A stretch of 20,000 bases of DNA from assembly GCA_000934665.2 (NCBI GenBank), contig JYFJ02001665.1, forward strand, positions 53,821 to 73,820, read 5' to 3'. Source of the stretch: Catajapyx aquilonaris. Its lineage: Eukaryota. Positions 10,801-20,000 of this stretch are shown here, in pieces (within the stretch, counting starts at the first letter, position 1; every line of letters starts with the position of its first letter). Below the pieces are notes generated by a model. The model saw only the letters and a program-made list of their open reading frames with translations. It was not told the DNA's origin and did not search any database. Both the position numbers and the translations under genes were made by a program.

Positions 10801-12135
10801 TAGGTTTTTAAATACTCTTGTAATCAAGCAGAATTCCTTGTAACTACTCTGACGCCCCAAGCAAAAACCCTGTATGTGTGGTGTTGGTCATTTCGAGATA
10901 ATCACATTTGAAGTTTGTACTTTCCACTGTCAATGATATACATACATGGTTTTACTCTGTCCCTAACTTTGCAACTGAGGCTCGTAGAGAAATGAGGTTT
11001 TTGACATTACGTGGGTCGCGTAAAGAGGAGTGCAGTGGTATGCTTATCTGCACATACATGGTTTTTGCAACTTCAGGGTTTTTGCTTGTGGCATCAGTAC
11101 TGTTCCTGTGAAATCTTAGTAGCACATTATTGATCAGGTTACACAAATGGATCAATAAAATTTTCGGTGTTTTTACATTAGTAGTTATTTGACTACCATG
11201 TCAATTGGAGTTTTGAATGTCCCATTTTAATAAAAATAAATAAAAATAATGGATACCCCGTGATAGGTCTCCTTGGGCCTCTTAGGGGATCATCTTTTTT
11301 ATTTTACCGACTTTAATCATTGCCTGCGCTGTGATGGGTTTTGATTGTGGGAGGAAATGGGAGAACCCCGAGAAAACCCACGCGAACACGGAGTGAACCC
11401 ATGAAACTCTATCTACATAAGTATCCTCCGTCTGACCTGGGGATCAAACTCGGGACCTTAGAGGTAGAAGGCTGTGGTGCTAAGACTGCTAACCACTCCG
11501 CCACCGTGTCGCCCTTATTGAATGTCCCATTTTCAAGCAGGAATTTAGAAAAAGAGTCTAGAATTGCCTCTTGAGACACCAATACAAATCAGCCCAGGCC
11601 TATCAAAATTGGCCTGTATTACAATTTGGTGCTTTTTGTGGTTCCCGTGCGAAGGCTACTGCACCTTGCACGATTTAAAAATCATTAGCCCTACAGGGTA
11701 ACATTTTTAAAAATCATCCACACGCTGTAAATTATTTACAAACACCTTTTAATACTGATGAAATATTGTTACTGTGAGGCAATGAACCCATTTTGCCTGC
11801 ACATTATTTATCAATTAACTTAAACAACCGAAGCAGTAGTGGTGGAGTGGATAAGGTGTCCGACTGCTAATCGGGAGGTCCTGGGTTCGAATCCCGGAGG
11901 CCGGCGACCCTGACCATGGTTTTCTGTGGTTTCCCATGGTCCTCGCAGGACAATTCCGGGGTCGTTACCGTAATTATAGGCCACAGCTGCTTCCTTCCTT
12001 CCCTATCCCTGCTTAATTCCGATGAAAAGGTAGTAAAAAATGGAAGAGTTCCAGACAAAAAATTGGGAGAAATCCCCCCCTAGGAAGGCCCGGTTGGCTG
12101 ATAATGGGGTATCAACTTATTTAAAAATATATATA

Positions 12136-12197
<62 letters not shown>

Positions 12198-14282
12198 TAA
12201 ACAAGAAGCAATTTTACCCCTAGCCCCTACTACAAGGAAATTGCAAGTGTATGAAAACTTAAAGCAGAGCTAGCCTTAGTGCAGAACTACTCGTACATTG
12301 CTTTTAACCCTTCCATTACCGCCATAAGGGAATTTTTCGCCATTGTCTATGCCAGAGGTTCCCAAACGTTTTGAGTCGCGGAGCACTTTTCTGGAGGGAT
12401 ATTTGTGACGGACCACCAACATCATTGAGCCGCATAGGCAGAAAAATGGGGGGGGGNGGGGGGGGGGGGGGGGGAAGGGGTGCCAGCACCAAATTAGTAA
12501 ATTGGAAGGCGAGGGGCGAAAGGCGGCCGCAGGCGTAATTTTTTGGGGCGTAATGAAGGAACTATAAAAAGCGGAGGCGAGTGCAGGCAACCATAACCCG
12601 ATCCTCAGTGTCTTTTTTTAATCGTCTTATCGCTGGACCTAAACATGTCAGACTTACGCGTTGTGTAGAAGAGGACCTGAGTCATGCACACGATCAGTTT
12701 TTCACTCCATATAAGCAATATTGCACTTCAAGAGCTAGATAATGACGAGAAATTCAAATTTAAACAAATAATTTCACGTTGACATTTTATAACCAAGTCA
12801 TTGACTTAAAAACATCAAATATATGTCACATGAGTCTTATATTGGTACGATTCCGACGACATCTCAGCCATCAACGTATGACCTTGACCATCGAGATATG
12901 GCGAGTTTTTCCTTGTCCCGATTTTCAGAACAGCGGGAGATTAAGGGTTAACCTTCTGTCTCCCGCTCGAAAATGCACTCTTTGGGTGGGGGTTTAAAAA
13001 GAGCTCCCTAGATGAAAATCACTGGATCTGGCACCATTGGTTTTGGTCTCGATTCGTGCACAAGATGGGGCTGAACATTGAAAGACATACCAACCTACGT
13101 TGCATATCGAGAGAGGGCATCAACCGCTTCATATACTATGCACCAGATGGTGACGTCATGCTATTGCTACATCTATATGGTTTTTTTAGGTTGCTTCCAC
13201 TCCTCTTAAAAATCCAAGATAATTCTATATGATTGCCCAGTCTCTCTGATGAATTATGAAAACATTAAGTGTCTGTTTAAAAAATTTTAAAGGTCCTGTT
13301 TAAAAGGAAGTAATGTGATCCGCCAGGTGCAACAAAAGGCTGTTCAGGTGGCGAGCGGGCAATGCCCAGAGCTCGAAGCAATCCGCCCGGCCAGTTACAA
13401 GCGAGGACACTTTTTACTACCAAAATGGCACTGGGGGAGAGTGCCTACCCTTCACAGATCGTTCTGATTTTGTCCCCTGCGAAAAGTAAGTCGCAGAATT
13501 TCGGGAATTTAAAAATGGTTTTCAGCTGCACGTCCACATACCGGGAAATATGCGGCAGGGAGCTGTGTGTATTTAAATTCATGCAGTAAGTGTTTGTTTC
13601 GGTTTGTTTACAATGAATGAGACGTTTGGCCTATGACGTCATGCCATTAAAAATATCACGCGAGTGCCGTAAGGACACATGCATAGCAATTATGAACATT
13701 TCCAAAGGCTATGGTGAAAGAAATTAGAGAACCCCTGAGAGAACCTCTGAAAACATGGAGAGAACACAATGAAATCTCTTTATAAATGTGATAATCCTCC
13801 GTCCTGCACTGGGGATAGAACTCGTGACCTCAAGGGTGCAATTCTGTGGCGGTAACTCCTACACCACTCTGCTGCTCTTGAATAGCCACATTTTCTGAAT
13901 ACGACATTGTATGTGCTGACTCTAATCTAGCTAGGGGTCATTGGCAAAGTGTGTTTGCATCGTTTTGGCTACCTCATCCCATAATCACTTTGGCTGTTAT
14001 TTTCTCATGTCACACAATGTCACAATATCTTTGTCTATTTCTCCCTTCCATACTGCTCAAACATAATGACATCTTATTGTTTTCTCCTGTGAAACATTTG
14101 GGCAACAACTTCAACAACTAATATTAATTTACATGATTGTAATTTCTATTTTTTTGTGTGTTCCATAGAGTGGAGTCCCAAGGAGTGGCTATCGAGGCAT
14201 AGTCAGTTTCATGCATAATAAGAGGAGAGTGTTTCTTGCCCCAAGTGCAAATTGGCGTGGGTATGATCCCTCATGGAGCTAG
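7779..14282 (+). CDS. MGAT1: Alpha-1,3-mannosyl-glycoprotein 2-beta-N-acetylglucosaminyltransferase (GnT-I, GT13), spliced CDS join(7779..7886,8457..8568,8636..8742,8800..9015,9206..9344,9402..9630,9692..9796,10022..10112,10173..10343,14169..14282), 463 aa
   Basis: All nine introns are GT-AG with consistent phases and the joined 1392 nt is one ORF. It has a type II membrane N-terminus and GnT-I motifs [90 protein letters not shown] and GYDPSW. Confidence 0.96.
7899..7958 (-). mobile_element. 60-bp insertion (probable truncated retroposon 3' end) with 15-bp TSD
   Basis: GATGTGAGTATATGT repeated exactly at 7884-7898 and 7959-7973; insert has an 8-bp hairpin CCTCCCTA/TAGGGAGG and, on the minus strand, AATAAA plus a (TTGA)-like tail. 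Confidence 0.65.
8457..8568 (+). CDS. MGAT1: MGAT1 coding exon 2 (coiled-coil-like stem)
   Basis: Acceptor tttttctcacag; reads [37 protein letters not shown]; donor GTATGT at 8569, phase 1. Confidence 0.8.
8636..8742 (+). CDS. MGAT1: MGAT1 coding exon 3 (stem)
   Basis: Acceptor ctgcttttcag; open frame [18 protein letters not shown]...RDASE; donor GTCAGG at 8743; phases fit both neighbours. Confidence 0.72.
8800..9015 (+). CDS. MGAT1: MGAT1 coding exon 4 (start of catalytic domain)
   Basis: Reads [32 protein letters not shown]...[11 protein letters not shown]...LVHIQ; donor GTGAG at 9016. Confidence 0.93.
9056..9143. mobile_element. Small intronic hairpin element, possibly a PIF/Harbinger-type MITE
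   Basis: Imperfect inverted ends AGGCACATCTGCATATTGCAA / TTGCAATGTGCAAAAATGTACCT flanked by TAA and TTA, inside MGAT1 intron 4. Confidence 0.45.
9206..9344 (+). CDS. MGAT1: MGAT1 coding exon 5
   Basis: Reads [32 protein letters not shown]...VIIVE; acceptor cttttgcag, donor GTAAGT at 9345. Confidence 0.95.
9402..9630 (+). CDS. MGAT1: MGAT1 coding exon 6
   Basis: Reads [13 protein letters not shown]...[14 protein letters not shown]...[13 protein letters not shown]...KWPK; donor GTGAGT at 9631. Confidence 0.96.
9692..9796 (+). CDS. MGAT1: MGAT1 coding exon 7
   Basis: Reads [34 protein letters not shown]; donor GTAAGT at 9797. Confidence 0.95.
10022..10112 (+). CDS. MGAT1: MGAT1 coding exon 8
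   Basis: Reads [30 protein letters not shown]; acceptor tttttacag, donor GTGAGT at 10113. Confidence 0.94.
10173..10343 (+). CDS. MGAT1: MGAT1 coding exon 9
   Basis: Reads [17 protein letters not shown]...[25 protein letters not shown]; donor GTAAGT at 10344. Confidence 0.94.
11229..11517 (-). mobile_element. tRNA-derived V-SINE-like element (family B)
   Basis: Minus strand has A box TGGCGGAGTGG, a B-box-like GAGTTTGATCC and core GTGGGTTTTCTCGGGGTTCTCCCATTTCCTCCCACA resembling the V domain; 16-bp TSD TTGAATGTCCCATTTT at 11213-11228 and 11518-11533. Confidence 0.85.
11827..12190 (+). mobile_element. tRNA-derived SINE family A, copy 2 (full length, (TTA)n tail)
   Basis: A box TGGTGGAGTGG, B box GGTTCGAATCC, (TTA)n tail, TSD ATTAACTTAAACA at 11814-11826 and 12191-12203. 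Confidence 0.92.
12308..12947. mobile_element. Possible TTAA-flanked (piggyBac-like) non-autonomous element containing a hAT-like terminus at 12353
   Basis: TTAA-CCCTT at 12304-12312 and AAGGG-TTAA at 12943-12951 with weak TIR match; CAGAGGTTCCCAAAC at 12353; interrupted by poly-G and an N. Confidence 0.35.
13711..13875 (-). mobile_element. Degenerate V-SINE-like (family B) fragment
   Basis: Aligns with about 11350-11500 (gagaacccc, atgaaa, atcctccgtc, ctggggat, aactcg, gacct). Confidence 0.6.
14169..14282 (+). CDS. MGAT1: MGAT1 terminal coding exon 10
   Basis: Acceptor ttccatag; reads [37 protein letters not shown], a typical GnT-I C-terminus; follows a 3825-nt intron. Confidence 0.95.
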   Translation, partial: SGVPRSGYRGIVSFMHNKRRVFLAPSANWRGYDPSWS

Positions 14283-15794
14283 CATCAGCTTCCTAGCCCT
14301 TGCAACAGAAGCAGCAGCAGTGGAAGAAAGGTTGTGATTGAAAGGAAGGACAGTGAAGTGAATGGAGCACTGGCTGTTGCCAAGCTGCAGGAGAAATCAC
14401 CTTGCGACCGAGTGGGCTGAGGTGATTTGAGCATGTTGTGTGGGATCAAATGAGCCCAGTGAAGTTTTACAATCTGTGTACCCCTCCCTTGTCATTTGTT
14501 TTTTGTTTATTGCTTTTACAATTTACATAAATTAATATATTATGAAATAGATTATATAATATATATATAATATATTTTAGAAAGGCTGGTGCTGACACTT
14601 TGAAAGACTGATAGAGCCTTGGCAACGATTGGGCCTGTCATGACTCCGTTATAGTAACACTGCTTTTGTACCATTTTTGTGTGTGTGCGTGAGTGCGACT
14701 TCCAGTGACAATGTTTCCAGAGTAACAGTCTTCCGTACATCCCAGGCTTAGTGACCGATGTGTTGCCTTTACAAAGGCTATGGATGAAAACTCATGGAAG
14801 TCACTGGTGCAAGTTGTAAAAGGTGACAGTACTTGGTCCAGCTTTTTCTCTGGCAGATGAAGCACAACACTTCTGTGGCCCTGGCTTTCTTAAGTTACTG
14901 ATTGCTTTGGATGTCATCATGTGACTTATATCAAACAACCCTGTCCTGCTTTAATTTGTGTACAGAAAGCTTTGCTGGACGATGGGAACATGTCACATAG
15001 CAGAAGACTGTGATGGAGTCATTGCATTTATAGATGGCATGGGCGCAGCAATGTGAAAATGGGTGGCACTTGTTGACTAGTTACGTCACAAATGTCACAT
15101 CGAGCACTAGTATCTCTCTCCTTCTCTCTTTTCTGTATCATCACAACACATGTAAGTTACGTGTAGATTCTGGTGTGGGTAGTGGACTCAACTCCTTCAA
15201 AAGGTGGGACACTTCTCAGCAAACGTGCAAAGCATATATAAAAACAACCAAATCATGGAAATGGTTATTTACACTTTCATATATGCCCATGTGTTCTTGC
15301 TGCACAGATCAGAATGGGCCCTCAATCTCAAGCAATAGGGGAAACAGGAGATTTGCTGAAGTGATTGCATGTGGCCTAACATGAAGCGCGAACTAATTCC
15401 GCAAAATTGTCACTGATACAGATGTGAAGTAACTTCTTAGAGATAGTACAGTTGAATCAGGATATAACGGACTTCAAGGGACCACGGAAAAAAGTATGTT
15501 ATAACCGAGGTCTGTTATAGCCAAATCACCACTATTGCAACGAATACGCAAAGTTTTCTGCTTTCCATGTGCTTGTAATGCACACTACTGCATACTGATT
15601 AATGAAACTGTCCACAAAAATGCAAAATTACCTCACGCGAAAATTATGCAGGACCAAAAAAATCCCCTTTTCCAGTATGCAGTGCTTTCCTCGCATGGGA
15701 AAGGAAGCTCAGTAATCAAAAACAGCATATTTTCTACTGAGGGGCCAAGAAATTGTCTGTTACAGCTGAGGTGTGATGAAAATAGTCTGTTATA

Positions 15795-16645
15795 CAGTGA
15801 AATCCCGATAACTCGAATCACCATGGGACAGAGAAAAAATTCGACTTATTGAATATGGTGGGGAAAACAGCACCCACACAAATTAAACACCCAACAGTAT
15901 GCGTCGGCGCTGGTGGTATGGTGGTTAGCGCGCTCGCCTCTAGTCCCAAAGTTGTGGGTTCGAACCCAGCCTAGGTCGTGACTTTTCTGTGGGTGGTAGA
16001 AAAGTGAGTGCGCCCCTTCCTTCGGAGGGGAAGTAAAGCCGTCGGTCCCGTGTGCTTGTGACATTGTACGAGTGCACGTTAAAGATCCCCAGAGTGGCCA
16101 AATTTCCAGGAGGAAGACCACCCCCTGGCGTCTGTGTTGAGCCTAGCGACAGAAATAGGCCGACGTTAAGCCCCCACTAAAGTATGTGTCTCGCTACTGG
16201 GACACGATTGCAAGTGACCACTAGACGACTGTAGACTAGGGCCTCTGACTGCTCTGAGGGAAAAGGCATGTCACCACCGCAAAGGAATGCATGAGTCACT
16301 ATACCTACAGGAAAGGGAGCTTAAAACATGTGGCTTTCAGTGGGCCTTGTGCATTTCTTTACGGCTTATCGAGAATTAACTAGATGGGGTGGAAATCTCC
16401 AAGAATGAATCATACCACACGTTTGCCCAACTTGGAACTTCCCCGGTGTTGACAAAATTTGACTTATTAATTGTGAAAGTGCTGCGGAGTTCACAAAATA
16501 TATTCGACTTATCGAGACAATCGAGTGATACAAATTCGAGTTATCGGAATTCATTACATATATGGAGAATCCCCCAAGTCCAAGATTTTCTTTGACTTAT
16601 CCAGAATTTCGAGTTATCGATATTCGAGTTACTGGGATTTAACTG
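15795..16645. mobile_element. pogo/Tigger-like MITE family B nested in family A copy 2
   Basis: 24-bp TIRs CAGTGAAATCCCGATAACTCGAAT (3 mismatches), TA TSD, internal TTCGA(G/C)TTATC repeats. Confidence 0.85.
15906..16180 (+). mobile_element. tRNA-derived SINE family C with Deu/Nin-like central domain
   Basis: A box TGGTATGGTGG, B box GGTTCGAACCC, core CCTTCGGAGGGGAAGTAAAGCCGTCGGTCCC...GCACGTTAAAGATCCC; TSD AGTATG(C/T)GTC at 15896-15905 and 16181-16190. Confidence 0.82.
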
Positions 16646-16758
16646 TATCAGGAGTAAAAATATACATGGCCTTATGGAAGTATGCTGGAACCAGCCTTTT
16701 GAGTCTGTTATAACCGAAAGTCTGTTATATCCTTATATTCAACTGTATAACTATGGTA

Positions 16759-17076
16759 CAGTGAAATTTATGGTGGACCCAGGATACAGAAGAAACTTGC
16801 CGATTACAAAACTAAAGTCCGAAAAATGTCAATATGTTTCGCAAACGAAGTAATATGACACTTTTTCTAGAAGACAAACTAAAAATCTATGGTGTCTTTC
16901 ATTTTGATTAAACTCCTTTAATTAAAGCAGCATACACTATGTACAGTAGTACATTAAAAACCTCTGAATAGCTCATTTTTACAGTATCTATGACCATTTT
17001 CCGATTATTATTCATGTTTTGCGATTATCCAGCGACACCTGTGCATTCATTAGCCTGGATAATCGGGAGTACAGCA
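16759..17076. mobile_element. Degenerate MITE family D, copy 2
   Basis: Same-orientation homologue of 4352-4683, ending GGATAATCGGGAGTACAG. Confidence 0.6.
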
Positions 17077-17466
17077 TATCACAATTTTTCACGTCTCCAT
17101 TAAGCTCCCAGATGTAGTTGGTGGTATATCCTGCAAGATGTTCTATTATACTGTAAGACATCTCTATAACGCTCCCACATATAACTATCCTGCTTTTGAC
17201 ACCCTTTTTTTCCAATCCCGTGGTCAGTCCCATAAGGGCTTATAACACTTTCCAGCATATACCACTTGGTTTCTCTGATCCCCAGAGAAACTTATCCCAC
17301 ATATAATGGGGGGAGGGGGGGAAAAGCCGCCTGGGGTGGGCTGGTGAGTGATGTGGCAATGGTTAATTGCTGTTAATTACTTTGGCTTACTTTGCCTGCC
17401 ATAATTTTCAAAAACCCAGTCACCTTTCAAGTTTACTAAAATTCCACTCCTAAAAGACTGCAAGTA

Positions 17467-17606
17467 TCAACGGTTCAAAAAGAATTGTCCCTCGCGTCGA
17501 GCGGGCAGCCACGCGTCAGGATGAAAGGAACCAGTTAACTGGTTGCTTTCATCCTGACGCGTGGTTGCCCGCTCGACGCGAGGGACAATTCTTTTTGGAC
17601 TGATGG
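17467..17606. mobile_element. 140-bp loop-less palindromic MITE-like element, copy 2
   Basis: Same palindrome as 5110-5249, centre 17536/17537, TA-flanked. Confidence 0.85.
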
Positions 17607-18518
17607 TACACATGACTTTTACTTTCCTTATTACACAGTATTAGTCATTTCCGGTCACTAACAAGGAACAATTGAGGAAGTGTTCTCTTTGCTTCTGTAC
17701 TTTTCAGTAACAAAATATAATTTTCAAAGACTTGTGGGGGTCATGACTCTTACCTGACCTTCATGCATGGCAGCCTGAAACCTGCTGCAACTATGGCCAT
17801 AGGTGGATATATGCATCCATGAGCTTTCCACCTATATGTGGCTCTGAGTTGGCTCTCAGTAAGCACAGCTAGGCCATGATGATACCCTACCACTCCTTCC
17901 CATTCTATCCCTCCCACCCACCCACTCAGGAAGGTCCCCAGCTGATGGCACAACCTACATGAAAAGCCCTGCATACTGCTTGTTCACACTGCTGCATGTG
18001 CATTGGCAATAGTAATATTCTGTTCAAAATTATTCCATTCACCAATTGTCATTCCCAACTTTATTGTTGCTGGTCGACAAATTAATGGATGCTGAGTGGT
18101 GAATGGAGCTGTGTGAAATGGAAAGAAGATTAACAGTGGCAGTTAGGAAGGGGAACTAAACTCTGGCCGAGGGCAGAGAGGAAGGTTAATCAGGTCCTTA
18201 AAGTAACCAAAAACCTGGAGACTTGCACAGCTGGGCCGCATTGTATAAATTTGCCACATGCATCACCTGTGCTAGTTGCATATCTCACGAATGTATGATT
18301 TAGGATGGAACATGACTGTGCAGCAAGAACATTGTGAAATTAATTTTCCATGATTTTGTTATTGTTATTATGTTGTCAGATGGACTTGTACAAATAGAGT
18401 TATGGAAATGCTTCTTCACCAGTGGTGGGCCCAAAGCATGTCCAGACAACAGTTAATATGATGTGAAGGCATCCTACTTGTGGTAAGAATTTGTTAGCAA
18501 AGGAACTTTGCAGAATCG

Positions 18519-18580
18519 TTTCGTACAACAAAGGCATAATGTGATTTTGTACAATAATGCATAATGTGATTTCGTACAAC
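18519..18580. repeat. Short tandem repeat, about 25-26 bp unit, about 2.4 copies
   Basis: TTTCGTACAACAAAGGCATAATGTGA / TTTTGTACAATAATGCATAATGTGA / TTTCGTACAAC. Confidence 0.7.
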
Positions 18581-19395
18581 TTAGGTGCAATAAATGCAGC
18601 GCCTCAAGGAAGCTTGGAATGGGACTGTACAATAATAAAAAGAAACTTTGAATGCAACTTTCATTCTTACTGTATGAAAAGCTCCACTTGATATACCAAA
18701 CGGGTTAGCTCTTAACATTTTTGTCCAGGTGGAAACGTTGCACTCCAGAATTTCATTTGGAGTGCAAATTGCTTACTCGAAGTACATAATTTTTAATTTG
18801 CTGGGTTTAGCCAAATTAAAAAGCAGGACCCACTTGTGGTAACAATGGTCTTTGCAATAATACGGCTAGATCTGGTTCTGGTTACACGTCTGCTCTCCCT
18901 GCTGGGGATCTCTGGACTGCCTTGGGAGTAGATGGTGGAAAAGGAGGAAGGGCGGTGTGGTGCAATATCTTGCGCCATATGGTGTAATCGGTATGCTCTG
19001 GGATTGGCTAGTGGTGCAGGGTGGGAATTCCCTCAGGAGAGACTTTATTTTATCTGTGTATCTATACATTATAACACACTGGAGTGCAAACTTTTCAATC
19101 CAAGGCTCAGTTTGGAGTGCAGATAACAATATTGTGGAGTGCAAATTGCACCTTTGCATCCGAATATCTCGACCCCTGAAACATACATCACACCATTTCC
19201 CTATAAGAAGTAGTCTGTAATGAAGCAGAGATTCAAGTTAATGCCAGTCATGTGGTAAAGATGATGCTCATGCAATACAGTAAAACATTTAATAATTCAT
19301 TAGGACAAGCAGCTTGTAACACCCTGAAGAAAAGAAGTATATAATACCATTAGCTCTTGATAATACTTGGAATAACAAAACCTATCACCAGATGT

Positions 19396-19491
19396 ATAAT
19401 AATAATTAATTATTCATACCCCATTATCAGCCATCCGCTCTTTAGGGGGGAAGTTTGCTTTGTCTGGAACTCCTTGCTTTTTCATTTTACT
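19396..19491 (-). mobile_element. Isolated 3' tail of SINE family A or of its partner LINE
   Basis: Minus strand GAGTTCCAGACAAA...CCCCCCTA...GGCTGATAATGGGGTAT plus a TTA-rich end matches the tails at about 12045-12190 and 19760-19906. Confidence 0.75.
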
Positions 19492-19557
19492 GTGCCCTTT
19501 TCTTACAATCTAGCATTCCATAATGTTTTTTATTATTTTTGTTGTGTTTTGGGGACC

Positions 19558-19827
19558 ACCGAAGCAGTTGGTGTAGTGAGTCCGACTGCTAATCGGGAGG
19601 TCCTGGGTTCGAATCCCGGTGCCGGCAACTCTAACCGTGGTTTTCTGTGGTTTCCCACAGTTCCTCCAGGAGAATTCCAGAGTTGTTTCTGTAAAAATAG
19701 GCCACAGCTGCTTCCATTCGTCCCTATTCTATCCCAAAAAGCTAAGTAAAAGTGAAAGCAAAGAGTTCCAGACAAAAAAAAAATTAAAAATCCCCCTACA
19801 GAGCCGCCGGCTTATCACAGGGCACGA

Positions 19828-19906
<79 letters not shown>
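19558..19906 (+). mobile_element. tRNA-derived SINE family A, copy 3 with long (TTA)n tail
   Basis: ACCGAAGCAG start, B box GGTTCGAATCC, body and tail shared with copy 2, (TTA)n at about 19829-19906. Confidence 0.9.
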
Positions 19907-19907
<1 letters not shown>

Positions 19908-20000
19908 GCCTGGGACCTGCTGCGAGTGCCTGACCTTCATTCCAGTTATTTTCCTTTTTGGTCGAGAAGAGATGATCGGGAGAACCGCAAGTCATACTAA

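Larger units (their letters stand above)
15449..16745. mobile_element. pogo/Tigger-like MITE family A, copy 2 (host of nested insertions)
   Basis: TA-CAGTTGAATCAGGATATAAC ... GTTATATCCTTATATTCAACTG-TA; reverse-complement homologue of 814-1374. Confidence 0.85.

Noticed and set aside
11830..11905. tRNA-Ser(GCT) gene
   Set aside because: No convincing acceptor stem; continuous with a SINE body, tail and TSD.
12448..12474. Poly-G run as a G-quadruplex
   Set aside because: Contains an N at 12457, so it is probably an assembly join or low-quality sequence; neighbouring calls are weakened.
16490..16645. Recurrent TTCGA(G/C)TTATC repeats resembling a CRISPR-like array
   Set aside because: Short, irregularly spaced and matching the MITE B TIR, so subterminal repeats; eukaryotic context with no cas genes.
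17150..17310. Possible further pogo-type MITE end with repeated CCCACATATAA
   Set aside because: Degenerate, with no second terminus identified.
14283..18640. Extent of the MGAT1 3' UTR and polyadenylation site (AATAAA near 18589 and 18634)
   Set aside because: Cannot be assigned from sequence alone.
19619..19995. Poly-Leu and poly-Asn ORFs
   Set aside because: Artefacts of the (TTA)n SINE tail.

Overview
Eukaryotic genomic DNA, probably arthropod or insect (inferred from the SINE and MITE families). It holds one complete intron-containing gene on the + strand: alpha-1,3-mannosyl-glycoprotein 2-beta-N-acetylglucosaminyltransferase (GnT-I, MGAT1), with 10 coding exons from 7779 to 14282 giving 1392 nt and 463 aa by manual splicing. 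Upstream are two well-formed candidate exons (3275-3545, 4021-4259) that splice in frame into an 81-98 aa ORF with a hydrophobic segment and could then join the MGAT1 ATG exon, suggesting a uORF or bicistronic arrangement. The rest is dense in non-autonomous mobile DNA: three tRNA-derived SINE families with interchangeable 3' tails, TA-flanked MITEs (one triple-nested), two copies of a loop-less 140-bp palindrome, and short truncated retroposon ends, one of which duplicated an MGAT1 splice donor in frame. Most ORF-track ORFs are artefacts. All calls are by eye and no database searches were run.
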